Source: a virus. Taken from it: 37,263 nt of DNA. How positions within the stretch are numbered: the stretch's first letter is position 1; every line of letters starts with the position of its first letter. Made by a program: the position numbers and the translations under genes. Shown in pieces: positions 37,160-37,263 of this stretch. The stretch lies in UHGV virus genome UHGV-0198870; one strand, given 5' to 3'. Under the pieces are notes generated by a model that did no database searches, was not told the origin of the DNA, and was given only the letters and a program-made list of their open reading frames with translations.

Positions 37160-37263
37160 ATGAAAAGAAGAGGACCAAGAACAAAATGGCAGAGAATCAT
37201 CAGAGAAACGGTGTTAGAGATCCTGATCGGTGCCGCAATCGGACTTGCATTTGATGCAATGTT
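37160..37263 (+). CDS. Small phage membrane protein, continuing in frame into bases 1-25 if circular
   Basis: GGGAGG SD; MKRRGPRTKWQRIIRETVLEILIGAAIGLAFDAM then LFIWLLVR* across the end/start join. Confidence 0.75.
   Translation, partial: MKRRGPRTKWQRIIRETVLEILIGAAIGLAFDAM

Noticed and set aside
1..37263. CRISPR array, tRNA, rRNA or IS element
   Set aside because: No regularly spaced repeats, cloverleaf or transposase motifs recognised by eye; tRNAscan and similar tools were not run

Overview
Nearly complete temperate siphovirus genome from a spore-forming Clostridia host (Lachnospiraceae-like by gene content; inference). On the + strand it runs early/recombination genes (Gp157, Sak4-like ATPase, SSB, ERCC4), CHC2 + DUF927 replication with an iteron origin, an ArpU/RinA-like late activator, A118-type head and tail genes, a mosaic tail-fibre region, holins and a ChW-repeat amidase. 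The phage ends at about 33671, inside a 3'-truncated sleC (spore cortex-lytic enzyme), which suggests integration into this sporulation/germination gene. About 2.5 kb of host DNA follows, then phage early genes resume. The last ORF reads in frame into base 1, so the window looks like a closed 37,263-bp circle that lacks integrase and repressor but carries host flank, like an aberrantly excised specialised-transducing genome. Accessory or regulatory systems of note: (1) a HicA-HicB-SecB-like toxin-antitoxin-chaperone moron with its own promoter, operator and terminator; (2) a Com-like zinc ribbon next to a hairpin burying the tape-measure start codon, with the same GTGAGCCGwTGAGCC motif at the tail chaperone start; (3) two identical parS-like 16-bp palindromes and a protein with a ParB-like DNA-binding domain; (4) a MuF-type minor capsid toxin with its immunity gene; (5) a phage-encoded Prp protease; (6) a candidate antisense sRNA. 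All protein family calls are by eye, not from database searches.
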